This document shows positions 29,429 to 39,354 of a DNA stretch of 64,000 nt, piece after piece. The position numbers and the translations under genes were made by a program. Every line of letters begins with the position of its first letter. Position 1 is the stretch's first letter. The notes under the pieces were generated by a model, which was given only the letters and a program-made list of their open reading frames with translations, did not search any database and had not been told where the DNA came from. The stretch lies in IMG/VR virus record IMGVR_UViG_3300045988_160259, positions 1 to 64,000 of that record; one strand, 5' to 3'. This DNA is from a virus.

Positions 29429-30910
29429 TTAGAAAGTTTTAGAAAATGAAGACATTCGTTTTGGTTGATTAATAGAAAGTTTGGATAAAAGAGATTGATT
29501 AGATTCTTGTGGACGTTTTCGATGTGTAATGCTTTTTCGACGTTCACACATAAGAGAATAAGCAGCCATACATGCAGTATACGATCTATCATCATGAAGC
29601 TTATTTGCTTTTTCTGGTGTTAATTCAAAAGAGTCTTTTCCAGAATCTCTTTTTTTTCTAACCATGTTCACAAGCTCCTCCTTTAGCGCATCCATATTGG
29701 CAAGTGCAATTTTATCCTGCCAGTCAAGTTTAATCATTTTTGTGTTAACAGATTGAATTTTTCCAAGTTCATCATTTAAACGACTTTCAAATTCTTTTTC
29801 ATTTAATTTTTGCTTTTTCAATTCTTGCGATATACTTTTTCTTGCTTCCTCTAATTTCTTTTCATCAACGTCGAAAACAGTTAAATAATCTTTGTTGTCA
29901 TATGGTGCAGTAAAACTTATTTTATCTTGATTCATTAATTCTATCATCGCTTCATACATTTCTGATTTGTATGCAGAGGGAGACATGAGGTGTATTTTAT
30001 TTACTGCATTTGGAAACTTATTGACATATTCTGCAGAATATTCTTTATCAATTAATCCTCTGTGCACAATACCTGCAGAATCAGTCCAGTCTGGCATTAA
30101 ATAATCGGCAATATTTACACCGCCACCACCAGATCCTGCATCAATATAAATCCCAACAATGTTTCCGTATGCATCGGCACCGCCGTTATAAGCAAGAATA
30201 ACTTTTTTTAAGTATTCAATTTGATCTGGTGTTTGCATTGGAGATTTTATTTTCTTTCCAACATCAATAAGATTAATACAGTTTACTAATCGCATACGAA
30301 TATCTATGCTTCCGTCTATTTGCTCGAATTCATATATTTCGCCTACAAGAATAACCGAGTTATCTCTTGATCTAGCTGGATCATATGCTATAACAAATTT
30401 TTTATCACCAGTATCATTATATAAAAGTGGTTTTCTGACTTCTTCATTTCTGGAAATAACGCCGCGTCGTATAATTGCGTCGCTACCTGCGTCGGTGGTA
30501 AATTCACAATAATATTCTCGCCTAGCTTTTTCTGGATTTGTTCTCATATCAGCATCAATTGTTGATTTCTCAAACAATGGCGCCATAACTTGCCCATGAA
30601 TGGTAGGATGTAACGGAATATCACAAGTAATATTTGCTACAAAATAATCCTTATTTCCCATTAACATCTGTTTGGAGAATTCTCTATATAAAGAATAATA
30701 TTTTGTAGATGTATCAGAAGCAGAAGATATGTAAAATTTCTGGTTTGGAATTTCTTTTGGAATTGCTCTTAGACGTATTTCATCAATTCTATTTCCATCT
30801 CGATCTTTTCCAGATTTAAAACTTTTATTTACAATTGCAAATGCAGAATATACAGACATCATTTCGTCTGAAAGGAAACCGCATTCATCAAAAATTACAT
30901 TTCCGCGCAT
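29429..30910 (-). CDS. terL: terminase large subunit, exon 2 (Walker B and nuclease domain)
   Basis: Begins MRGNVIFDECGF (Walker B hhhhDE). Only 2 codons separate it from an upstream in-frame TAA. Confidence 0.8.
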   Translation of the reverse strand: MRGNVIFDECGFLSDEMMSVYSAFAIVNKSFKSGKDRDGNRIDEIRLRAIPKEIPNQKFYISSASDTSTKYYSLYREFSKQMLMGNKDYFVANITCDIPLHPTIHGQVMAPLFEKSTIDADMRTNPEKARREYYCEFTTDAGSDAIIRRGVISRNEEVRKPLLYNDTGDKKFVIAYDPARSRDNSVILVGEIYEFEQIDGSIDIRMRLVNCINLIDVGKKIKSPMQTPDQIEYLKKVILAYNGGADAYGNIVGIYIDAGSGGGGVNIADYLMPDWTDSAGIVHRGLIDKEYSAEYVNKFPNAVNKIHLMSPSAYKSEMYEAMIELMNQDKISFTAPYDNKDYLTVFDVDEKKLEEARKSISQELKKQKLNEKEFESRLNDELGKIQSVNTKMIKLDWQDKIALANMDALKEELVNMVRKKRDSGKDSFELTPEKANKLHDDRSYTACMAAYSLMCERRKSITHRKRPQESNQSLLSKLSINQPKRMSSFSKTF

Positions 30911-31201
30911 CAATTGTTATCCTATAAGTTTTTTATCTTATAGATCTTATAGTTATTATTCCTATAAGTTCGGCATATCTTTTTATCTCAAAAAATGAGA
31001 TATCGAGAACTCGTGGAAAGATTATATTCTATTTCTAGGTTCACTTTCTATGCTCTGCCTGTGACTATATTTTTAAATATAGCCTTCCAGTCTGATTAGC
31101 TTTTCAGCTTTCCAGTTTTCTTTCTCGATTATAAACCATATGAATTATATGGGCGCTGCTTATCACTAAGCAGTGAGGCATATGCGGAAATATTTTGATT
31201 T
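30911..31201 (-). ncRNA. group I intron splitting terL
   Basis: 291 nt ORF-free insert between Walker A and Walker B. P1 is GAGGT|AAA with GCCTC (31175-31179). P10 is CGCAT with exon-2 ATGCG. 7 bp hairpin with a GTGA loop. S-like AAAATATAGTCAC and CAGACTGG. Confidence 0.7.
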
Positions 31202-31813
31202 ACCTCTTTTTTTGTCTATATTTGAATTCAATGTCTGAGTAAAACTACCATTATAAGTGGAGTATGAAAATCCATTACTACCATGAGAAAAGCCATCTCC
31301 AGCAGCGTTTTTGATTTCAATTTCAGCTTTGAATATATAACCAGTTGAACCCATCATTGTATCAATATTGTCATTTGCCAAACGTTCCAACGTAGTAAAT
31401 GTTTGTTCAGCTTGACTACCTGAGCCACTTGCTATGTATGTCCAATAGTTATTAAATAACATATCTTTGGACATAATAATAATATCAATAAGCGTAGATT
31501 TTCCAAAACCTCGACTACATACAAGTAGTACATTCGGACATGTCCAACTTTGTTGTACTATCCATGCTTGCGCGTCAAGAAGCTCAATATTGAACATAAT
31601 ATTTATAAAGGAAACGGGATTGCATTGAAAATATTTTTGTAGATATGCAATTTTAATTAGAGATTCAATTTTTCTAGAAGACATTGCATATACTCCAGGT
31701 TTTACATATATAACGTCCTCTTGAACACACTGATCTTTATATTGAATTAGATCAATAGTATTATCTATTTCTTTAAATTTCATTTGTATTTTCCTGCTTT
31801 TCGTCATTTTCAT
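31202..31813 (-). CDS. terL: terminase large subunit, exon 1 (Walker A ATPase part)
   Basis: Walker A SRGFGKST. The ORF continues 12 codons into the intron to a TAG at 31166. The true start may be an internal ATG. Confidence 0.75.
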
Positions 31814-33077
31814 CTGATGAACCGGATTCCTGTTCAGAAAAACAAGAAAATAATTCGTTTAAATTTACCAGATTCATGTTTAAAGAAATATCATTGTCTT
31901 TTAGATAATCCTTAATATCCAAATTTTCTCTAAGTAAAATACGAGATATTTCAATATACTTATCCAGATCTCTTTGTAAATCTACAATTTTTTGTCGTTG
32001 CTCTGCAACCATATCAGACCATTCTGATTCATCTAAATTTAAAGTTTTCATAATGGAAGCGTTACTAAGATCCATAACTTGCTTCATGGCCTTGCATGTC
32101 TCCATATCAAAGCCGTTGACTTCGCCTTCTCGAAGATTAAGTTCTTTTATTTTCTTGATTTTACCAGTCCATGTGTTTTCACCCTTTTTTGCGTTTTTAT
32201 TATGCTTTAACGAAATACAACTATCCTGGGCCAAACTTGTTATAACAGAAGTTATTTTTCCTTTACTTTCTTGCAGAGATTTTATTGTCGCAGAATTGCG
32301 CTCGATTTGTGAAATATCAGACATTAATTTTGCTACAGTATCATCGATCTTTGACTGCTGCAAAAAACCACGTACAATAGAAATGGCAGAAGAAGTTCTC
32401 ATCATATCTTCATTTGCATCTTCGCTTGAATCAAGAATTCCCAATAATTGAGAATATAGAAATGGCTGATCTGCGACATCTTCCTTTTCAAATGGATCAT
32501 AACTTAACAATCGAATTACATCATTTTTGTTTTTTAAAAAGCTGTCATATGTATCAAGTCCAACATGCTCATTAATTACATCTTTCTCGCTTTTATTTTC
32601 TTTTATAGGGTCTGGATCAGCATGTTGTTTAAAAATATCAGAATCAAAAAAAGTTAAACCTATATAATTTGTCATTTGTATATTTTTAATATACGAAGTC
32701 CAAACATTGAATTTTTGCTTTCCTGTAACAGTGTTTTCTGATTCTGCAATTGACGAATTCCAAACCGTATCAAGAAACGGTTTTTGTAAATATTTTAATG
32801 CTAATATAACACTCTCTTTTGTTGGTTCATGTTCATGTCCTTGTTTATCTACACGTAATGCAATTTTTCTAGCACAATCTCTACAAATAGGAGTACATGT
32901 TTCACTACCATACATAGGATCAGTATTTACATAAAATTTTGTTTCTCTGTCTTTGTGTTTCTTACACATTAAACAAAATGCTGTTTTGTTATAGTTATCT
33001 AATTTATTTTGTAATTCAACAACTTTTTCTCTTGCTTGAGCAGCCGTTAATTTCGGTGCAGTTGCTTTTGTAGCCAA
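31773..33077 (-). CDS. hypothetical protein upstream of terL (possible small terminase/DNA-binding)
   Basis: 434 aa with Cys motifs CLMCKK..CRDC and an acidic C-terminus. Function inferred from position only. Confidence 0.5.
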   Translation of the reverse strand: MATKATAPKLTAAQAREKVVELQNKLDNYNKTAFCLMCKKHKDRETKFYVNTDPMYGSETCTPICRDCARKIALRVDKQGHEHEPTKESVILALKYLQKPFLDTVWNSSIAESENTVTGKQKFNVWTSYIKNIQMTNYIGLTFFDSDIFKQHADPDPIKENKSEKDVINEHVGLDTYDSFLKNKNDVIRLLSYDPFEKEDVADQPFLYSQLLGILDSSEDANEDMMRTSSAISIVRGFLQQSKIDDTVAKLMSDISQIERNSATIKSLQESKGKITSVITSLAQDSCISLKHNKNAKKGENTWTGKIKKIKELNLREGEVNGFDMETCKAMKQVMDLSNASIMKTLNLDESEWSDMVAEQRQKIVDLQRDLDKYIEISRILLRENLDIKDYLKDNDISLNMNLVNLNELFSCFSEQESGSSDENDEKQENTNEI

Positions 33078-33107
33078 TTAACAGCCACCTCCTTTTGCTT
33101 TAATTAA

Positions 33108-33521
33108 TTAAGCACTTTCTGCAAGAGCAGATAAAGTGCTTTCTAAATATTCTACGTATTCATAATTTATATTTACTTGCAAATTATTTTCCGTAAACCA
33201 AGTAGCAAATTCTCCGGTATCGATTCTGTATAAAAAATCCAAAAAGTCAAATGGAGAGAATTTTGTATATCCATAATTGTCATGGAATAATTTATGTACC
33301 TCTTTGTTTATACATGCTCCATACCCATATAACATATGCAAATCTTTTAACGTTAATTTTAATTCATCGAAATCTTCTTTGTTATAATCACATACTTGCT
33401 GTTTTACTTCTATTCCTGTTATTTTAAAAACTTCATCAACAATATCTCTAAATGCTGTTGTATGATGTACATTATCAAATTCACCGCCAGTTATAACGCA
33501 TTTATAATTACAAAATTCCAT
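33108..33521 (-). CDS. HNH nuclease domain ORF
   Basis: CVITGGEFDNVHH...NKEVHKLFH motif. Confidence 0.6.
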   Translation of the reverse strand: MEFCNYKCVITGGEFDNVHHTTAFRDIVDEVFKITGIEVKQQVCDYNKEDFDELKLTLKDLHMLYGYGACINKEVHKLFHDNYGYTKFSPFDFLDFLYRIDTGEFATWFTENNLQVNINYEYVEYLESTLSALAESA

Positions 33522-34393
33522 TGTGAATCATTGAACCAACCTTTTGTATCAGATCTTAACTCGACATAAGTAGAATTAATTCCACCTTTCCAACGACCAT
33601 TTTCTTCGCCAACTAATGGATTTAAATGTCTTGGATTTTTATCTCCAGCCCATTTTCCCTTTTGTCTTTCGCTTATCATTTTGCATTGTTCTGGGCTACG
33701 TCTTTTACCTTTCCACCATCCATTATGAGTCTTAAAATATTCTCTTTTTGTTTCAGAAATTTTCTTTCTGGATTCTTCAGATAATGCTCGCCCTTTCAAC
33801 TTTTCACTATTTTTTATACTTCTAGACAAATTAGCTCTAACTTGTGCATCGTAATTCTTGCCTTGCAAACCAAGAAGCGCTGCATGACATTCTATAGATC
33901 TAACGGTTCTATTTGGCAAAAATAAATTATGCAATTCTTCGCCAGTAAAATCTTTATATTTTTCTAACAATACATTATTTTCTTCATCCGTCCATTTTTC
34001 GGAAACTGTATAATTGGGATCAAGAAAACCAGATTCTTTTTTGCTGCATTCTCTACATACATTTCTTAAACCATCAATACAAGATAGATCGATAGGAAAA
34101 TATAATTTATTATTTGCTAAATCTCTATTGCATTTTTTACAATGTCGTGTCCCTGAATAAAATAAATCTTTATTTTTGTTTTTCTCAATAATCTTCAGAC
34201 GCTTTTCTTTATTAATTATTTTTTGACATTCTTTACATAAAGCATTTAATCGTCCAAGTTTTTTATTTGCATAAGAAAAGAATTCATTTGTATTCGGGAA
34301 TTCTTTTCCACATTTTGTACAAATTCTTGTTTTTGATTCAATACTTGTTCCATGAGTATATCCCATTTTTATTGTCTCGCTTTCCACTCGCAT
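33491..34393 (-). CDS. zinc-finger / NUMOD3 DNA-binding ORF of a homing-endonuclease-like gene
   Basis: Repeated CxxC..CxxC fingers and NUMOD3-like repeats (LSEESRKKISE, RSPEQCKMISE). Overlaps the HNH ORF by 31 nt in another frame. Confidence 0.6.
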   Translation of the reverse strand: MRVESETIKMGYTHGTSIESKTRICTKCGKEFPNTNEFFSYANKKLGRLNALCKECQKIINKEKRLKIIEKNKNKDLFYSGTRHCKKCNRDLANNKLYFPIDLSCIDGLRNVCRECSKKESGFLDPNYTVSEKWTDEENNVLLEKYKDFTGEELHNLFLPNRTVRSIECHAALLGLQGKNYDAQVRANLSRSIKNSEKLKGRALSEESRKKISETKREYFKTHNGWWKGKRRSPEQCKMISERQKGKWAGDKNPRHLNPLVGEENGRWKGGINSTYVELRSDTKGWFNDSQWNFVIINAL

Positions 34394-34598
34394 AACAATT
34401 AAAAAAGAGTAGGAGAGTAGTGCGAGTGTCTACTATGCCAAAGCTCATGACTTCTCTGGTTTCCTACTCCAAAAAAAATTAATCACGCTCCACTGACAGA
34501 GCAATAAACACCAAACTGCTTATGATTACTTATTCTCCAATGAATTTAAAGAGAATAAAAATATAAAACATGAAACAAAATAAAGAAAGGTGATTTAA

Positions 34599-35081
34599 AT
34601 GTGTAAAACTATAACAACATCAGATGGTAAAGTATTAGAACCAATAACTCCATCTGAAGATCTCCAAAAACTACAGGAATTTTCTGATAAATTAATATCT
34701 GACACGAGTTATCAACAAATGCTGAATAGCAATATTAACATAAATATGTTTAAGAACATGCCCAAATTTCCATCTCCAGAAGAACGTTTAAAATTCCTTA
34801 CTGACAAAATGGACTCTATGCAATCTGAGCTTGAAAGTCAGACAGAAGCTATGAGAAAAATTCAGTGCGAAAACATGAAATTGAATGCACAAACTGAGAT
34901 ACAGAATAAAACATTAGATTCTAATTTGAAAGAATTGAATGAACTAAGAAATGTAAATGCAGAATTGAAAGCAATGAATAAAAATCTTGAAAATAGCAAT
35001 AGACACTATTGGCGAAATACTGCAATTATTTCATTTGTAATTGTACTAATATTTTATTTATTAGGTTTTATAACGCCTTAA
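34599..35081 (+). CDS. tail-anchored coiled-coil protein
   Basis: RBS AAAGGTGA, coiled coil, C-terminal TM segment AIISFVIVLIFYLLGFI. Confidence 0.6.
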   Translation: MCKTITTSDGKVLEPITPSEDLQKLQEFSDKLISDTSYQQMLNSNININMFKNMPKFPSPEERLKFLTDKMDSMQSELESQTEAMRKIQCENMKLNAQTEIQNKTLDSNLKELNELRNVNAELKAMNKNLENSNRHYWRNTAIISFVIVLIFYLLGFITP

Positions 35082-35176
35082 AACAATAAAGCACAAAGCA
35101 GAATCCCAGCACATCCGCCAAGAATTCCACCAAACAATGCAGGATTAATCCTGTAAATTCCAGTCATACCTTTCAT
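35078..35176 (-). CDS. 32 aa hydrophobic peptide
   Basis: MKGMTGIYRINPALFGGILGGCAGILLCALLF with SD AAGGAGA 7 nt upstream. The longer track ORF runs into tRNA-Leu. Confidence 0.45.
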   Translation of the reverse strand: MKGMTGIYRINPALFGGILGGCAGILLCALLF

Positions 35177-35204
35177 ATGTATGTCTCCTTTTATAAAAAA
35201 ATAA

Positions 35205-35287
35205 TACCGGCAGCGAGACTCGAACTCGCACTGCTCATAACAATCTGGGCTTAAACCAGATGTGTCTACCAATTCCACCATACCGGC
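35205..35287 (-). tRNA. tRNA-Leu(UAA), long variable arm
   Basis: Hand-folded cloverleaf. Anticodon arm TCTGG-TTTAAGC-CCAGA, T arm GCGAG-TTCGAGT-CTCGC. Acceptor stem has two G.U pairs. Confidence 0.8.
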
Positions 35288-35322
35288 ATACGGAGGCACT
35301 GCCTCCATTCGCTAATTATATA

Positions 35323-35412
35323 CGGAGCCTGTAGGATTCGAACCCACGCGCCGCTATTAACGGCCTATCAGTTTTCAGGACTGACCTCTTCAACCAACTT
35401 GAGTAAGACTCC
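35323..35412 (-). tRNA. tRNA-Ser(UGA), long variable arm
   Basis: Anticodon arm TCAGT-CCTGAAA-ACTGA, T arm GTGGG-TTCGAAT-CCTAC, acceptor GGAGTCT/AGGCTCC. Confidence 0.85.
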
Positions 35413-35421
35413 AAACAAAAA

Positions 35422-35505
35422 TGGGCAGAGCAGGAGTCGAACCTGCGGTGTTTCTAATGTAACGGATTTACAGTCCGTCGCTATCGCCACTAAGCACATC
35501 TGCCC
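35422..35505 (-). tRNA. tRNA-Tyr(GUA), long variable arm
   Basis: Anticodon arm ACGGA-CTGTAAA-TCCGT, T arm GCAGG-TTCGACT-CCTGC, acceptor GGGCAGA/TCTGCCC. Confidence 0.85.
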
Positions 35506-35547
35506 ACAAAAATAGGAGAGTAAACCGAAATATTGGATTCACTCTCC
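35506..35547 (-). terminator. hairpin plus U-tract immediately upstream of the tRNA cluster
   Basis: Minus strand GGAGAGT..ACTCTCC followed by TATTTTTGT. Confidence 0.5.
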
Positions 35548-35581
35548 ATAATAAAAATCATATTAAGTTATATCACAAAAC

Positions 35582-36556
35582 TTATAAATTCTCTACAATA
35601 TTATTCCAGTACTGCAGACGAGCTTTAACACCTGCTGACGAAGTAGTTCCAGACTGTACAAGTTGTTTATATTCTTCGTTAACATCATAGTTTTCAATGA
35701 ATTCATCTACGGCAGCACTAAATTTACGGAAGTCTTTGCTGTCTTTTAAGCATTTATATCCACCATAAAGAATCATTGGAATAGAAGTAGATTTTACTTT
35801 AATTGTATCACCCGTATTCAGAGCATCTAATACATCAGTCAATGTACTAATATCAGCAGCGTTAATATTTTCAGCATACCAAATAACAAAACTGTCGATA
35901 TCCTTTGCTCTAAAAGATGTAAAGTCATTTTCTTCATCTGTATTAATCAGCATAAGTGTCTCACGTACCAGGTCACGCTGAACATCTTTCTTATACTGTG
36001 CTGCGCTAAGAACCTTTTCAAAAAATTCATGATCTGCAAGACTGAAAATGACATCACTAACTTTTTCGCTTTCGATAGCGGTACGTTTCTGAGTGTTATT
36101 CAACGGTTTACCATTATTCTGACGAGTAAACATTTCACGAATATCTTCCCCAGTACAATCAGTAAATACGTAGATTGTCATCTCGTAATCATTCAGTTTA
36201 TCTTGTACTGCCTCATCAAGCTGTGCATATTTTTTACCAGCAATTTCATATACCTCGCCATCAACTGTAACTGGTTTTAAATTTTTAGCTAATCTAAAAC
36301 CATCTTTTTTAAAAAAGTCTCTTACTGTGGTAGCTCGCTGAACACCATCAAAAATTCTTCTTACATCATCAGATCCGACCTCACATCTAATTGGATCAAT
36401 CGGATATGGACGAAGCATAGAGTCAATCAGTAAACTTTTCTGACGATTACCCCACTGATTTTCCTGGCGTTGAAACTTGTGTTTCATACTGTATTTTCCT
36501 TTTGCGATATCTTTAGTAAAGTTCTTTGCACTCTGTCTTTTTACTACATAGTCCAT
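35582..36556 (-). CDS. DUF262 (ParB-like nuclease superfamily) protein
   Basis: FQRQENQWGNRQKSLLIDSML and DGVQR motifs typical of the DUF262/GmrSD N-terminal domain. No DUF1524 partner domain. Confidence 0.7.
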   Translation of the reverse strand: MDYVVKRQSAKNFTKDIAKGKYSMKHKFQRQENQWGNRQKSLLIDSMLRPYPIDPIRCEVGSDDVRRIFDGVQRATTVRDFFKKDGFRLAKNLKPVTVDGEVYEIAGKKYAQLDEAVQDKLNDYEMTIYVFTDCTGEDIREMFTRQNNGKPLNNTQKRTAIESEKVSDVIFSLADHEFFEKVLSAAQYKKDVQRDLVRETLMLINTDEENDFTSFRAKDIDSFVIWYAENINAADISTLTDVLDALNTGDTIKVKSTSIPMILYGGYKCLKDSKDFRKFSAAVDEFIENYDVNEEYKQLVQSGTTSSAGVKARLQYWNNIVENL

Positions 36557-36765
36557 ACAAAATTACCTCCTGTATTTGATAATTTCACATTATCACAATA
36601 GGAAAATTTTGTAAAGGTACAGCACGTCCTTTTTATAAATATTTTTGCGATTTTTTGTATTTTTTGACGTCGCACATTTTCTCAGGTATGTGCCAATACC
36701 GATTCCTAGACGTCTGTCGGAGATTGCAGTTTGCGTGTTGCTACACGACCACCCATATTTTACTA

Positions 36766-36794
36766 TTGACAGATTTTTCCTCTTGCCATATAAT
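36766..36794 (+). promoter_or_regulatory. consensus sigma70 promoter
   Basis: TTGACA (36766-36771), 17 nt spacer, TATAAT (36789-36794), firing into an ORF-poor region. Confidence 0.6.
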
Positions 36795-37377
36795 CTATAT
36801 GTGGGAGTTCACCCAGGCGTTTTGTTTACGGCTGGATGAAATGTTAAGGATTTTTCAGAGTCGCACCGGAGCAGTGATGCTTCGTTATATAGATACCCTT
36901 GCTAAGAAAGGAGGGTGATGCGATACGAATCATGTTTGGAATGTAATTAATGATACATATAGACTGATCAATGAGAGTAGCGTACTTTCAAAGACCGTCG
37001 CTGGTATTATTTCCGGACTAACTATTGAGCTTTTTCGAGATTTTAAACAAACAAAAAGAAACCACTAAATAAGTGATTTCTTCTCGTTTTACCAAAATCA
37101 GCCGTTTCCCCTCGGCTCTGAGAAATCCATCTGGATGGACATCCCAATTTTATATTCGATTTATTGAAAGCCACTTGACAATCAAGTGGTTATTTTTATT
37201 ATTGTAATCGTGATTCAAAATAATTATTTTTATATTAAAGTATAAAACTTGCTTTATTTTCTTATATACTTGTATAATGTAATATACCTTATTTCAAACA
37301 AATTGTCAAGATGGGTATTGACAATTTACAAATTTGTAGTAAAATATCAGAATGTGATTTTGAAAGGTTGTTTCATA

Positions 37378-38448
37378 TTATAAATCAGACAAGGATTTTT
37401 GTTCGACTTTCCTTATACCGTCTTCACAAAAATATTTTTCAAACTCTTCATCAACTTCAATATCCTTATACACACTTACCATGTCAAGAGAAGACCATCC
37501 TATAAGCATCTGAATAACGTTATCCGGTAGACCACTGCGAGAACAAGCAGTCGTAAAGAAATGTCTGAGACTGTGAAAGTAGAAGTCAATTCCTAAAATT
37601 CTACTAAATGTTTCAGCCCAACTATTCAGTGTCTTTGCACTCATTGGTTCATCTATATATTCTCCATTCTTTTTCTTTGGGAATAGCCATTCTGATTCAA
37701 TTCCATGTTCTTTTCTATAATTCATCCATAAATCAAAATATGGTTTAAATGGTTTTGAAAGAACATATGCTGTTAGCATTTTTCCACGACTTCCACGCCC
37801 TTTAGTTTTTATTTTTTCTGGAGTTTTATATAGAGATCCATAAATGATATTTTTGTCATCGAAGTAATTTACCTTAAATCTCGGTAATTCACTTTTTCGA
37901 CGTCCAGAATTCATTGCTAAAGATAACATACAAGCCTTATCAAATTGTTGCTTTTCTACAAGATAATCAAGTAAATTTTGTAATTGTTCTTCCTCTAAGA
38001 CAGTTTTTACCATAACTTTTTCATTTACCGGATTTTCTATTTTTCTAACAATTGGACGATAATTTTCAAATTCATCATCCAACATATTTTCAACATAATT
38101 AGAAAGTGATGAGAGAGTGGATTTTACTCGTCTCATTCTAGCAGGACTCCATTTCCATTCCGTTAAACAGTAACTTTGATATTTTGAAATATCTCTCTTA
38201 GACAATTCTACAAAAAATTTGTTGTTGCAATGCTGTAACAAATATACCCAAAATATTTTTAGGTCATTCTTATACTGATCGATCGTTGATCCTGCTCTGT
38301 CAACCGATCGGAGATAATCAAGAAAATCATTTCCTAAATCTATATTCTCTGGATTAACCTGAGCTAATAATTCATTTGTTACAATACTATTGCGTTGGAC
38401 TTTTCTACCTGCTATTTTTCTCACTTCCTTCCAAAATAAAAGAAGCAA
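37378..38448 (-). CDS. int: tyrosine recombinase / phage integrase
   Basis: GRRKSEL, HSLRHFFTT and C-terminal ..SVY catalytic pattern, with an N-terminal SAM-like domain. Confidence 0.85.
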   Translation of the reverse strand: MLLLFWKEVRKIAGRKVQRNSIVTNELLAQVNPENIDLGNDFLDYLRSVDRAGSTIDQYKNDLKIFWVYLLQHCNNKFFVELSKRDISKYQSYCLTEWKWSPARMRRVKSTLSSLSNYVENMLDDEFENYRPIVRKIENPVNEKVMVKTVLEEEQLQNLLDYLVEKQQFDKACMLSLAMNSGRRKSELPRFKVNYFDDKNIIYGSLYKTPEKIKTKGRGSRGKMLTAYVLSKPFKPYFDLWMNYRKEHGIESEWLFPKKKNGEYIDEPMSAKTLNSWAETFSRILGIDFYFHSLRHFFTTACSRSGLPDNVIQMLIGWSSLDMVSVYKDIEVDEEFEKYFCEDGIRKVEQKSLSDL

Positions 38449-38470
38449 AATAGTATAAACTATTCTGCTT

Positions 38471-39121
38471 CTAAACTAATTTCATAAAATTGCTACATGG
38501 TTGATTTGTATTTTCTGTTATTTCGATGCAAATATTCCGCAATCCTTCAATTTCTTTCCCCTTTTTAACTCTTACGACAGAAAATATATCCCTTCCTTTC
38601 AACCAAGGATTAGGTTCATTGGAATAACCGTTATATAAAGGTTCTCCAACAACAACCATTCTATTTAACTCTGATTTAATTTCTTTCATTCTTTTTGAAT
38701 CTTCTTCTTTTGAATATTTGTGTTGTTCTTCATCATACTCAATAATCATATTTAATTCTGGCATGAAAAAATCAATTCTATAATTTAAAATTTGATATTG
38801 CGATATAATTATTTCGGATGGAAACATTTCTCTTAATAAACACTCAAATTTATATTCAAATCTTGGATTCATAGCAGAATATATGTATTTGGTATTTAAA
38901 ATATTTAACCCTTTATTAGTTAAAAAATAACACCGATATTTTTTATTCCTTGAGTTCTTATAGCTATGTAAAATAAAATCAGATTGCAAGGCTTGGTTTG
39001 TTTTAATAATATTATCAATATCTCTTAAAACTTGATCGTGCCTTTTTCCAAACTTTTCTGCAATATCATTGCTACTTGCTACCACTTGCCCTTTTTCTTC
39101 TTTTAAAATAATTTCGTTCAT
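38471..39121 (-). CDS. Rha-family regulatory domain fused to an endonuclease-like domain
   Basis: N-terminus VVASSNDIAEKFGKRHDQVLRDI (Rha-like). C-terminus ..RIDFF..IIEYDEEQH.. (DUF559-like). Confidence 0.6.
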   Translation of the reverse strand: MNEIILKEEKGQVVASSNDIAEKFGKRHDQVLRDIDNIIKTNQALQSDFILHSYKNSRNKKYRCYFLTNKGLNILNTKYIYSAMNPRFEYKFECLLREMFPSEIIISQYQILNYRIDFFMPELNMIIEYDEEQHKYSKEEDSKRMKEIKSELNRMVVVGEPLYNGYSNEPNPWLKGRDIFSVVRVKKGKEIEGLRNICIEITENTNQPCSNFMKLV

Positions 39122-39354
39122 TATATTTTGGTTTCTCCTTTTGCTAAGAAATATATTTTTTAGAAAAGGAGAATTGGTTGGTAATTATCCAACAAAGTTC
39201 TCCATTGCTGGTGTGATAGGAACATACCCTATACATTCGTTCCACCAATAGAGATGAGATAGGAGAGCATTAACCATCCTATATTACTCATTACCAGGTT
39301 ATCCACCCGTCTCTAATCATTTATTCTCTGCACTCATTTGCAGAAAATTGTAAA

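Noticed and set aside
35177-35308. N-terminal part of track ORF 35078..35308, and likewise 44500..44577 of ORF 44287..44577
   Set aside because: These extensions read straight through tRNA-Leu and tRNA-Ile genes, so only the internal starts were kept.
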